Below the pieces are notes generated by a model. It worked only from the letters and a program-made list of their open reading frames with translations. It ran no database searches and had not been told where the DNA came from. Positions 11,502 through 24,069 of a stretch of 64,000 nt of DNA are shown here, piece by piece. Each line of letters begins with the position of its first letter. Positions within the stretch are counted from its first letter, which is position 1. Location: positions 1,508,442-1,572,441 of the forward strand of contig NMRA01000006.1 of NCBI GenBank assembly GCA_002633005.1, read 5' to 3'. Both the position numbers and the translations under genes were made by a program. This stretch comes from Phoronis australis. Its lineage: Eukaryota; Animalia; Phoronida.

Positions 11502-14500
11502 TTAGAAATCATTGTCACTATCTTCTTGCTCTGGGGGTTGTCCTCCTCGGCCTCCGAGAGTTCCGTTCATCGGTGCTTGGTCGTCTGTGTCATCTTCATC
11601 ATCGTCATCCAGCAGGTCATCATCATCAATTTCAATGTTCGAGTCACCAGAGCCTGTCTCGTCCTGTGAAAATAAAACACGTTTCCATAATATGGTGCAT
11701 TGACAAGTTTCTCACCCTGAAAAAATAGCATTACAAATGTTAGTTTTCGTATGTCTTTTTCAGTACAGTAACACTAAACTGTGCTAACAGAAACTTTTCA
11801 CAAGAACAACAATAAAATGTCCAAGAATCCCAAGGAATTATCAACAAGAACACTTTCTCAGACAAAAACCAATGCACAACATGGACAATAGACATCACAA
11901 ACGAGGGGCTCAAATTTCGACAATCTGATCCTTTCAAAAAGCGGTACCCAGTTATCAAATAAGTCAGCTTAGGCCCTGGCATTTGACTACATGTTCAAAA
12001 ATCCAGGAATTTCTGTTTTTAAAAAATTTCCATCAATTACATTGATGCTCACTCATGTGATAATTATTGATTGTTTTAGGTATCTCAAGAATATTTAACA
12101 CAGAAGCAAATCACTATCCCTTGCAGTGGCAGATTTAGAGGGGGGCAAGGAACCCATGGCCTCCCCTAAAACTCTCCCAGATTCAATTAGGCAGTTCCGG
12201 GGTGAGAATGTCTGACGGGCTAAATCCTGGCTAATACTCTGCCCTGGCCCCCCCTAACTAAAAATCCTAGATCCACTCCTGCCTTAGAAGTCACAATGTC
12301 TGCCCTTCGGTAATCAGCCAAGCCAAGATGACATCATCTTCACACAGTAGTAACTCATGGCACCCCATGACCTCATCCCATTCACTCATCACATCTACTT
12401 TACGCAAAATGCATTCATCGTTGTCACAATACTTACGTCATCATCTTCATCGTCATCATCGCTGAGGTCGGCGCCCATGCTACCAAAGTTTTTAGCAGGC
12501 TGACCAGGTTCTCCACCTCCCGCTTCTGAAATTAAACGAGACAGTTACAACTTGATTGATCATTAATTCTGTTTTTACAAAAAATGACCTGCATGTGTTA
12601 TGATTTCAAGTGGGCCTAATATAAATTTGGAAGTCCAAACCACACTCATGAAAACTAAACTCAAAATCTTCAACTCAAACGTCAAGTCCATCCTGCTTTA
12701 CGACTCACTAAATCCATCATCAATAACGTCCGAGTGTTCATAAACAGATGTCAGCACCAAGTCCTGTAAAGTAAGTGGTCTGACAGAGTAACAAATGAAA
12801 CAGAGCCGGGCAGGAAGCCATAGAGAAACAGATTAAGAGGAGGAAGTGGAGGTGGATTGGTCACACGCTGTGAAAGACCAATCCAAACACCACCAATCTT
12901 GCCCTTAATTGGAACCCTCAAAGAAGACGGAAACGAGGCAGACCTGTGAAGAATCGAAGACTAACTGTCACATGTGAGTCTCTCTATTGGCATGGCATCG
13001 AACGAGATCCGAATAAAGGCTACCAAACGGAAAAGATGGCTAGCAGTCATGGTGGCCCTACGCACCTCAAGGTGCCTAAAGGCATAACTGTCAAGTAAGT
13101 GTAATTTAAATGTGTCCCAGTAATCAAAGGGGCTATAAACCCACCTTCCATCACAAAAACAAAATTTTGATTTAGACAGCTTAACATTAAGGAATTGGTC
13201 TCAAATTGCTACTAATTCGAATTCCAGAGCTTTGAAAGAACTGACAGCTACAACAGCGTGTCGCTTTATGCCGCGCCGAGCATGATCACAAAGAATAAGA
13301 ACTGTCAGTTCGAAACCGCCTCCAGTCTAATTAAGGAACAAGCTGAGATCAATTTCATATCAGTACGTGGTCTTAATCAAAACTTCGCTTCTTGGACAGA
13401 ACACAGGTTTATAGCAGCTTAACAGCCTGGTAAATTTGTATAAAAAACAAGGAATGTAAACTTTTAGTGCAACATGATGGACAAAAATACTTCACTGATT
13501 ATTAGCCTACAAATACGCTCGTATCATTGTACGATTTTCAAGTGCACAGGCACGAATTCTCAAGAAAAAGTAAGACATGCAGCAAGTTTGTTGACAAGGG
13601 TACGTTACAAGTACATGCATTAATTTTCAAACAGAGACGCACATTCACCCAGTCACGTTTATTGTGAATTCAATTTGTGTTAAAAGAAGTATTGCAGGCG
13701 ATCTGGTACACGTTGTGCCACACATGCGTAGGACGCTCAGGTGGCAACATTGCACTATCACGTGGTACCAATTTTATGCTTTAATCACACATAGTCAAAA
13801 CCAAGCTGAGGAGCTAGAGACCTGACTCAAGGGACTAGCAGTGCGCCCTAGTGGGACTCAAACCCATGACTTTGAGTAAAGGAAGTGGACACTTATCCCA
13901 CTAGGCCACACTGCCTCCTCTCAATTTGTGTTACTTGAACTAATATTCATGACTGTGTTTACGATGTCAGGCATACACAGGTAAACACGTATGACCCACC
14001 TTCTCTACCTGACCGGCCATGCATGTGTCTTGGTCTCGCTGGACGTATATCTTCCTCCTCACTCTCCCCGTCGTCCTCCTTCACAAAGTCTACAAACAAC
14101 AACAATGGGTTTTAGTCAAAAGTAAAGAAAAAAGCCATTTCAATGCACCACAAATCAAGTCTTCTGTCAATTTTGTTTCCAATTTGGTCACATACAGCTA
14201 TGAAACTGATCATAACTGTTCCGTACTCAGATTGGAAAAGATTCTAAGTTTGGGAATACCTTACAATTCGTAATCTCTCGAGATCATTATCAGTGCATGA
14301 AATGTCCTGGTGGGTAAAGTCAAAGCACAGGCAGATTTAAGAGATGTCCCTAAATAGCATGGACACCACAAAAAACCACACCATCAGTATTGCCACCTTT
14401 AGGGCATACAAGGACACTTTTCCTTCAAAAACACAGGACACCCCCTTTACCACAACTGTATGACGTACTCTGATTTGGAGCAATAACAAACTGCCCCTTC

Positions 14501-17500
14501 TTCACAAACACAGGACACCCCCTTTACCACAACTGTATTACGTACTCTGATTTGGAGCAATAACAAACTGCCACTTCTTCACAAACACAATAAAATCTTT
14601 CAATCACAGTAAGGAACAGATTGAAGCCAGGTATTTATGTCACGAAAATCAAAAACCAGCTTTTAGATTGGAGACAGGTATATATCACTTTTAAAGTGGC
14701 TATAAATTCCCATTCAGACAAAGAAGCGAACTTTCGACTTGTACTACTTAAAGCTGGCTTCAGCTTGATCCTTGCTCAGATTAGAATTGCTTTCTGGGTT
14801 TGCAAAGCACCAATAGTTCATTATTCCTCAAGATTATGACAGCGGTTAAAATGTAGCAGAGCCTGGTTTCAAGGAATAATGAACTCAGTTCATTCAAAGC
14901 CCTGAAATAACCTCTGAATTGGGCGAGGTACAATACGATGGGCTTGGAATGATCAATGACAAAAAATAGGAAAATGTTTCAGTTGATGTATCGCACCACA
15001 AATAAATAGGCTTGTGTGATTCAAATATTCTTTGTGTTGTAAAATTTAACTGAAACAATGCTTTTGCAATGATTAAAGTCAAAATAATGATAAAAAATGG
15101 AAACAGGAAATAGGAAATCAAATAAGAGGAAATCAAAACCAAAAATAGGAAATCCTCTTAAAAGTGGAAAATTCCAAGCCCTAAATAAGAGACACATCTC
15201 ATAATGGTGTACATTCCAAATGAAAACTTGGGTATTCATGGCCACTTCAAGTGTTCCTGCATCAGTAGTAGACTATAGACATGCCGACCTCTTCCTTCGA
15301 CTGACAACTTTACTCCACAGCAATTTTGCACACAAAAGCTCATTATACGAGATTTTGACATAACATGATAACTTATGAAAAAGATGATTATGACCAACAC
15401 TGAAGGTTTTACCAAACAACAGGGCACAATTGAATCACAAAATCACCTGCCTGACAAATATATGTCAAACTTTAATAGCATGGAAATGGACTGATGAATA
15501 AGTTACACAAAAATTCACTCCAAAGGCAAAATCACCAGGTTCAATGTCACTGAAATTAATCTTCTTAAGAAGCACGCAAGAGTGGGTGTGTTTTGCCAAT
15601 GTATTTACTTCAAATTCTCAAATGCTAATAAACAAATGCAAACAAGACAATACAACTGACATTTCAACTCAACAAGTGGTAATCTCAACCAAAAAGGTTC
15701 ATGATGAGGGGGTTAGTTCTGGGTAGAAGCTTTAACAAAAATCAACACAAACATCAAAACTGGACAACTCGGGGCAAACTAGCCTCGTTTTGTTTCATTT
15801 CTCTTCTTTTTTGAAGACGCTTTGGCCTTGTCATCTCGTCGTTGGAGTGTGCTCTCAATTTTTTTGTTAACCTGTTTCCTGGAGAACTTGTCAAGTACAA
15901 CTGAGAAAAGGGTACAACATTAAGTTAATGGTGATTGTACGTGTATAATTACTGTTTGACTATTAAACATATAATGAAACAATGTATGGCTTCAACACTG
16001 ATTTCGTACTGGAGAGAAATAGTCAATATAATCTAAATGTTTGTAGAAAGAAAAGCCCTCAACTCAGAACTCTTGGCCGCATTCACTCTTTCAAAAACAA
16101 GGGTAAATATTTTGTATATTAGACCAATGCTTTACAGACATCTAACTACATTAAAGATGTATTTGCATGCTCCTAACTATGCCAATGTGTAGCAGGAACT
16201 AAACGGCAATGCTATTCTAACATAATCTGTGCTAAACAAAGTGCAGTAGTATTCATTGATAGGTTTAAATGTGAAAACAAAAAAAAATTGGCAAATTGTT
16301 CACCTTTGCACAAACGATGTACCTCACAGGCTCACATATCCCGCATCATGCAGGGTTATTCCCCAGCACCATGTCACGTTACCTACTGGACACGGTTCAG
16401 TGTTTTGCGGCGGATCATTTTCGCCACAAAACTCGTTCTTTAAATGGTTTAACAACTTTCAAGCTACTCAATATTCACATCATCGCTATATGTTGTGTTT
16501 CTAATTAAGTTGACCAAGCAGTCGCAGAGATAAGTAATTAGCCTCCATGTTCCAATCCCACACTAAAGGTGCCGTTGAAAGCGCAGTGAAGATGCAATCC
16601 TCAAAGTGGCTATAAACCCATGCTCCATTCAAGGAACAAATTTCTTAATATTTAGATAGCTTACCGCTATAAAATTGGTCTCAACTTGCTCCTCACTCTG
16701 ACGAGAAGTGATTTGTGGGTTTATAAAGACCTGACAGTTGGCTATCGCTTGAGAAGACACTCGGCGCATGGAAAGACATGCTATGACAAGCCAAAGTAAA
16801 GAGCCTGCTCTCTACCAGTAACCAATTGCCGGTTATTTCAAAGTCCTGAAATATCTCCAATTTGTCTGAGGAAAATTTTGAGACCAATATCAAAAGGGCA
16901 AGTGGTCTGTATGAAAAGTTGTTTTTTGTTGTGGAAGGTGGGTTTATAGCCACTTTGATTGCAGAGCTTATCGTCCAAAATAAGTACTACGTCACAAACT
17001 AATGAATGTATGACTTTCATTACCTCCGAGGTCATCCTCATCCTCGTCCGAGTCATTCCTCTGGCTTCCTTTACCAGTGTTTTTCATCTGATCAGCCATC
17101 ATCTTCAGAGTCCTCTCCGTTTCCTTGAAAGAATGTCATAATTACTAAAATTGGTATTACTAAACAGATTGGCTGATAGGCTTTCATATATCACACTGAC
17201 AGGGTAGTTAACATTCACTAGTTGGTGGTCATGAAGAAAGGACCTGCCTTAATGGAAATGCACATAATAATATTCACGTAGGGCTGTTGGTTCACTAGCG
17301 CCACCTAGCGAGTTTCAAGTTTCTCATTGTGAACATTTTTGAAAATGAGAAAATGAGAATACAGATGGTAAAGTCACAAAATTTAAGAATATCAGTAATG
17401 CATCATAGAAAATACAGTAGTGTAAAATAAAATCACAATTTATGAATAAATTAATGCACTTCTGTGGTTGTTCTGGATTTTTATAAGATTTTTGCTACTT

Positions 17501-20500
17501 CGACATATACTTGAACTCAATCACAATTTAATTCAGAATAAATTACTTAAACTCTCTAGTCATGAGCTTAAAAATTATCAAATACAGATTTAGCCAGTCT
17601 TATCTTAGATTATCCAGCAATTTGTGATATGTTTACACAAAACTGAATGCACGACCAATGAGATACCATAAACTAAAATTAAGTGAAAGAAAACAGCTTT
17701 AAAATATTCCTTAATTTCGCAACACTCACCTCAAACCTGTCCTGCTCAGCTCTATTCAGCTCTTCCATCTTGTGCTCCAAAAACGTCAAATTGCGGAATT
17801 TTTCCAAGTACTGCTGGTACAGCACTGCCAGATCCTCTTCCAGCTTTTCATATTCATCCATGTAAGCAGGCCTGTCAGGAAATGTTGGCGATAGTCTGAT
17901 ATAATGTGCTCGAGTTTTGAGAACCAGTTTGATGCCCGTTATTTAGTGGAGAAAACTAGTTCTCAAAATTCGGGGCACGCTACATCAAAGTTTCATCAAT
18001 AGCAATCGTACAACAAACAATTTGTATCAGGGGTGAAAGCGCAAAAGTGACATATCATTTCCAGTTATTTAATATCCTTGTTCATGCCACCGCAATACGG
18101 TGGTAATTTAACAAAAAAACATGATCAAAGCTGTAAACAAATCTCACTTTAAATCCCCTTCCACATAACAATGGGTCAAAGCAGTCATGTGCCATTGAAA
18201 CTTGGAGATTTAAAAAGCACTGACTGTTGATATTGAGTGGATCACGTAATGAGAAGCATTAAGAGGAAAAGCTAAATACGTACACCAGCCAAGCTTACCT
18301 GACACTCTGTAGTGTTGCAAGCTAAATACGTACACCAGCCAAGCTTACCTGACACTCTGTAGTGTTGCAAGCTAAATACGTACACCAGCCAAGCTTACCT
18401 GACACTCTGTAGTGTTTCAAGCTAAATACGTACACCAGCCAAGCTTACCTGACACTCTGTAGTGTTTCAAGCTAAATACCTACACCAGCCAAACTTACCT
18501 GACACTCTGTAGTGTTGCAAGCTAAATACGTACACCAGCCAAACTTACCTGACACTCTGTAGTGTTGCAAGGCGTTTCTGGTTCCGCTCTAGTTCCGTTT
18601 TCTTTTTAGTAATTTTGGCTTCAAGATTTGCTTCATCCGACGCCACATTGTCGATCATGTTCAGCGTCTTTTTGATATCTTGCTGTAGAGACAAGCAAAG
18701 AAAACATTGTTTGCAAGTCAGCAGATGAACGTTTGTGCTACGCCTCATTTTTATCTGATTTCCGATTACGTTTATTTACTGTCATATAAAAAATAACAAC
18801 ATTAAGAATAAACTAAGAAATGAATAACAATGTTTGTTAATCCAAAGTGCAGTAAAGTACTTCGATGAATTTTGTAACTTTAACGCAGGACAAACACTAT
18901 CTGTTCTCATGGAGCCAAATTCAGTAATAAACTTACCTCAACAGCTTTTATAGAACTGTTCAAGCCCTTTTCAACTTCGTTTATTTCCAAAGGTCTTGCA
19001 ATTACAGTTGACCTTGTGTCCTGGAAAATCATAATGAATAATATTATGTCCCAAATCAGTGTACATGGGAAATCAGTCTTAGTAAAATAGTAGTTAGAAA
19101 CATTATTTTACAAATGAACCAGCCTGGGAAAATGTAGTACTGATCACAGAAGTTGTCATTAATCGCGATGATTGAATTTTCCGCAGTGGACTATTTAGGT
19201 TACACAAGGAAAAATTAGCCAAGTAAGCCATTGTAGTTATTAAAGTTTTTATTGTGTAGAAAACTTACTCTTAGGTCAACTTCTCGGCCAAGTAAGTCAT
19301 GCAAAGATGCCCCTTTAGCTGTTATGGCTGAGGCCAGCTTGCGAGCTTCTTTTAATTCACCAACCTGAATGAACGAAAAGAAAATGACTTACTTGAATCA
19401 ACCAATGAACACACAGTCATTGCAAGTAAGACAATGTTAATGCAAAACACCCTCATGTTTCAGTATTTTCAAATTACCATACATCCACTATGCTCAAATG
19501 AGATTGAAATAAATTTTGAATGGTGGATTAGCATCCATCATAAGTTGTCTTTATGTCTCCAAATTATGAGATCAAGTTCAAGTTACATTAACAAGGCGGT
19601 GTCAAAGGTCAAGTGTGACCAATAATATCCTCCACTTGCAAAGTGTCAAAGTTCAACCTCGGTCCAATAAAATCAAAGGTCTTTTTGAGTACACACCCTT
19701 GATGAGATGTCAAAGTTCACGTTGGATGACTCATCCTCCTCTTCGTTGGTCTCCTCAGTGCCTACGACATTCTGTTTCATGGCATTGTATAGAACACTGG
19801 TCACTTTAATCAGTTCTTTTACTGCATAACCATCTGCCTGGTACAGTTTCTTGGTGTTCAGCTTAATGTGGGCTTTTGTGGCCTGGAAACATCAAACGTC
19901 ATACAATCATTGGCCATTGCTATTGGTTAACAAGGAAACAGACGGAATGTTCATTTCTTGGAGAATGTTGTATGACTAGACTGCACATATTAGAAAAGCC
20001 AGCAAAATTTATTTAGTTTTAAAGTTGGTTTCAGACTCACGAACATAGCTCAGCACTCATGAACACAGCTTACAGACTTGTAAACTTAGATGGGTTACAT
20101 TGAATTAACAAACTTGCCTGAAACTATTTACTGTCTCAAAATGAGTCATCCACTCTCACATCAGGTATACGGTCACTTGTAAAATCCTTTTTCTTACTAC
20201 AACCCGTTATATTTTTCCGAGCATTTCAAATTTTTTATTGAGTAACTCCAAAGTTTTCATTAAGATGCAGTTTTAAACTAAATGTTGATGTTTTCAAGAC
20301 CGAGAAAAGTTTATTGTGACGCAAAGCCCCTTCAAAATTGCCTACGCTTTACGCCCAAATAAATAATTGTGAGACTGTAATGGAGGGCTATTAATGGTTG
20401 GTACCACGATCCTATATTCTTAACTCTATTCAACACAGTAAACACAAATAAAACATGCATTATACGTTATTTTTTGCTCAACAGCATTAGCGCAGACATT

Positions 20501-23474
20501 GTCAAGCCACAGAATCTGAGACACATGAGGTGTTACTTAATTAATGAGAGAACTAAATTTATAACTATTCTTGCTCACCTAAACACTTGCTGTCCACGAG
20601 AATGCACAGCGGTGTTCAGACAGTGCAAATAAGACAAAAAAATAATGAAAAATAAAGAAGTTGGAACTAGTTGGATAATAAACAAACTGTGCAATCAACT
20701 CTCTCTCAAACTTTGATAGCCCATTGTACCACTATAACACTGTGAATACACTGGCGGATCTATGATGCCGTAAGGGGGGGGGGGCAACCACAAATTTTTT
20801 AAGAAATTGTTAGCGTAAGATCTGGCAAGGACTTGCAAATAGGGTTTTTTGGTGGTGTCTGAAGGGTAGTTGAGCCCCCACCCACCCCATAAATCCACCT
20901 GTGGCGCACAATGACATTGACAAAACTACCATAGTAGGGCGTGTGCGGATATTGGCATGTCTGCCAAAGTATGGTCTGTTCAGGTAATTGCTACAAACCA
21001 TAAACTGTGCGGATGACTTGATAAAGATCACTCTGTCCTGTTCTGAATCAACATCAGTTGGCAGGTCAGCATTTGGGTCATATCTGAAAGTTAAGAAAGC
21101 AGTTTACACTTGTGATAAAATCCAGTATTATAGTGCTATCAATTTTAAACAAATATTACTGTTATGAGTTATCTGCTTTTGCAGGCGGGTAATATTTTTA
21201 ATTTTTGACCCGTGGTTCAATGTCAATTTCTCTCAAATTAAAACAGGACCATTTTTTATGCCTTTGCAGTTATCCCTAACAGACTTGTGAGCCATATATA
21301 AAGCCTAGCATTAAGACCTGTACATGTGAATTTGAGGTATGGTAATAAAGACACAATGCGTCTATGTACTTTGTGGAATTACCACCATCACATTTGTGTA
21401 TGGTGAAATAACTATAACAATGACATTCAAAAAAAATTAAATTCGAAAAGGAAAAAAATGGATGACAATAGCAAATAAAATACTTAAAAGTATTGATAAC
21501 AGCACAACTTTTACGCGATATCTTTGTTTCCTAACTGAAGCATGTATCACCAGGGCAACTTCCCATATCTAGCGTAAACCAGTTAAAGCCGATTCCATTA
21601 CACTAGCTAGTAACCGTGCAGAGCATGGGTTCCAGCTAGTTAACATCACTTTCTTCCACAAGTCTTACATCCTCTGAAGCAGCATAAATACAACCTTCTG
21701 CATCATATGTTGCTATCAGCAATAGAATTTTAGTCCAAGTACAAACCTCTTCACAAGCCAAATTAAGACTTCAGCTACGAGTGGAAAATTCGGGTTGCGG
21801 AAGTTTTCCATCGAGATGAGACGAGGGTACCCGAGGGCCCTCATCATTTCCGTAAAGTCTACAAGAAGATATCACACAAAGAGTTCAAATTTGTTTGAGA
21901 AAATACTGCATCTAAGGTTCTCATGTGGTAGGTAAATGTGCAACCTTCATGTAAAATGTGGGAACCAGCATCAACAGGAGACAAAGAAATGCATGTGTTA
22001 GCTGACTAAGTTAGTGTTTATATTAGAAAGGTTGAATGTGACATTTTTAGAAAGTACTTTTTTGGGTCAACTTGATATATTTTACTTGCTATAATAGATA
22101 TTTTGAATCTCAGAGTCTTTAATTGGTTTTTCACCAAAACAAAACATTTTTTCAAACCAGAAGTTAGGGTGCTGTGAGCTCGTAGCACAATGTAACTGAA
22201 AGCAGGACAGTGGGCACCTATGACAATGGGGCATATTAGGAGCGTACGGTAGACTTTTCCGTTTTTAAAAAAGCGGGAGTGTGGCCTTGTGAGTACATGA
22301 AGTTCTTTGGCTTGTTATTTCTTTTATATTGCCATAACGCCACAATTTGAGCTTCGTTTTTGGCCTTTTTACCCACACCAATTCACAAAATACTTAGTAG
22401 TAGGAGACCAGTTTATTGAATGAGACCAGTTTATAAAATACCATTAAAATTCTCAGAAACATTTAAAATAAAATCAATGATAGAAGTTAATTGTGTTACA
22501 GCCGAATACATGTCAGCCTTGTTCAAGGATGCATTCAATAGGTGGTGCTAATTTGTGTCGTACATAATAGTTACCTTTCATTATTTCAATATATAACTTC
22601 ACGACAACAGCATATTTTGTGAATTTAAACTGAACTTGAGGCTCAAAACATCGCCTGATTTATCATGAGCATGCACCATCGTAACTCTCGAATTCCGCTT
22701 CGACTTCAGCAATTAGAAAAGCAGCGATGTCACGATGCCACGTCAGTTTTACTTAACATGAAAATTTCTAACACTTCTCTAGTAGGCATCAGCCAAGATA
22801 CCTCGAACAAAATAAAATTAATTCAGATTAAGTACAAACCATCTTTTACTGTATGCACAGTTAGTGATAGTTAGTGAATACTAAAATCTTCTGAGTTGCA
22901 GCATCATTGCCACCGTTGACTTCATTTTTCAAGTCGTTTGATTAACTGTTCCTTGAGCACTTCTTAGTGTCTAATTGAGCAGGTGAGTGAATGATAGTAA
23001 ATGAAGTGCTTTGCCTTTGGTGAACTAAAGATTTGCTGTATGAGTTTACTTAGTTTAGACAGTCCAAACCAGTGGTTATTGAGGTCCAAACTACTTCAGG
23101 TAAGTAACACCAAAAATGCACATCAAGCTTTCATCAAACAATTGTAATGTGTGTTGATTAGTGTTGGTGAATTCACTGGAGAATGTGTTTCCAAAATGTT
23201 CGATAATCTGGCCCTCTCCGTATTTGCACTGGTCTGGTTGTCACTGAGTGACTGTGTAATATTGGGAATGTAGAATAACTAAAAGCGTACTTAGCAACCC
23301 AACATTTTTGTAACTGGATGTTTCAGATACAGTGAACATAATGCAACTGCTAAGGCCCATATAAGTAGTACAACACTAAAATCTGGCTGGAATTTCAATA
23401 GAGTCACACATTAGGTAAATTTTGAAGCTTTGACACGGGAACATTTACTCACTTCTCAAGTCTCTGTACGACAT
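11502..23474 (-). CDS. CLUAP1: Clusterin-associated protein 1 / IFT38; 12 coding exons: 23474-23453, 21858-21747, 21083-20999, 19882-19697, 19364-19269, 19020-18937, 18682-18549, 17871-17730, 17123-17024, 14089-14000, 12525-12437, 11663-11502 (433 aa)
   Basis: Spliced translation [48 protein letters not shown]...QDRVIFIKS...[26 protein letters not shown]...[44 protein letters not shown]..., with an acidic tail ending EDSDNDF*. All junctions are GT-AG and the phases sum to 1302 nt. Confidence 0.95.
13124..13422. mobile_element. Non-autonomous DNA transposon, AAG(T/G)GGCTATAAACC TIR family (truncated copy 10777-11041)
   Basis: Termini tcaaaggggctataaacc...ggtttatagcagcttaa; internal similarity to 16601-16958. 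Confidence 0.6.
13690..13915 (-). mobile_element. tRNA-derived SINE (decayed)
   Basis: Minus strand starts GGCAGTGTGGCCTAGTGGGATAAG (A box) ... GGGTTTGAGTCCCAC (B-box-like) over a tRNA-length head with no clean cloverleaf; the 3' boundary is approximate. Confidence 0.55.
14423..14590. repeat. 77-bp tandem duplication (about 2.1 units)
   Basis: aaacacaggacacccccttt... recurs with period 77. Confidence 0.85.
15779..15900 (-). CDS. CLUAP1: Candidate alternative terminal exon of CLUAP1 (basic tail)
   Basis: Acceptor ccttttctcag; in phase 1 after exon 17123-17024 it reads [40 protein letters not shown]. Confidence 0.55.
16601..16958. mobile_element. MITE with perfect 20-bp inverted termini (Kolobok-like non-autonomous element)
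   Basis: TCAAAGTGGCTATAAACCCA ... TGGGTTTATAGCCACTTTGA; family assignment is inferred from TTAA-like ends. Confidence 0.7.
18271..18570 (-). repeat. Six-unit 50-bp minisatellite comprising the CLUAP1 exon 7 3' end and donor
   Basis: Unit gctaaatacgtacaccagccaagcttacctgacactctgtagtgttgcaa starts at 18271, 18321, 18371, 18421, 18471 and 18521. Confidence 0.95.
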
Positions 23475-23760
23475 TTTGAAGAATGTTTCAGCACGCATGC
23501 GCTGTTTGGTAAAATTGTCATGTAAAAAGGGTAAAAACAAACTACTTAAACATGTTATTATCTATTAAGGATAATGCTTTGGCTCAATGACTTTCTAATT
23601 TTTCTAATTCCATTGCCCTGATCTCTTTAACACACCTATTTGTAATATTTTAATATTACATGAAGCGTTTTACACCCGGAAAGCTAACTGCGCCTGCGCG
23701 TCAAACTTTTGCCAGCAACCGATGGGTAAATAATGGCGGAGATTGGGTGTAACAATACTC
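23475..23760. promoter_or_regulatory. Putative bidirectional promoter between CLUAP1 and CK1
   Basis: Head-to-head genes with ATGs 520 bp apart. NRF1-like GCACGCATGCGC (23491) and TGCGCCTGCGC (23689), ETS-like CCGGAA (23676), YY1-like AATGGCGG (23732), reverse CCAAT (23742). Confidence 0.6.
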
Positions 23761-23993
23761 CAACTTGAAAATCCAAGTCATCTGGGATAATAGCAAAGCT
23801 GTATTGCCATTCGTTGTCGCTTCACTGATGTAATATACAATATCCTAACAGACTAGGGAGTTTGAACACCAGATAATTATTCCAAGTAAGTGAATTCTAC
23901 GTCAAGAGAACTGTTGTCAACTCGAATTTTCGTCAAGTTAAAACTGTCTTGGTTTTGTCCGTTCTTTCTACGTTCTTGTTTTGTTGTTGTAGG

Positions 23994-24069
23994 ATGGAGC
24001 TCAGGGTTGGCGGAAAGTTCCGTCTTGGTCGCAAGATTGGTAGCGGCTCATTTGGTGATATATACCTCG
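23994..24069 (+). CDS. CSNK1D: CK1 coding exon 1 (glycine-rich loop)
   Basis: ttgtag|GATGGAG...CTCG|gtaagt; a 5'UTR intron 23886-23992 is likely. Confidence 0.93.

Larger units (their letters stand above)
8690..13388 (+). repeat. ~2.35-kb direct duplication (8690-11041 / 11043-13388) joined by a single N; probable uncollapsed haplotypes
   Basis: Near-identical copies with scattered SNPs and small indels abut the N at 11042; includes the last two CLUAP1 exons. Confidence 0.85.

Noticed and set aside
13841-13915. Possible tRNA gene
   Set aside because: A and B boxes are present but the B box is degenerate and the stems do not close; better explained as a SINE head.
18271-18570. Regular 50-bp array resembling a CRISPR
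   Set aside because: Units are contiguous and near-identical with no unique spacers, there are no cas genes, and the context is eukaryotic.
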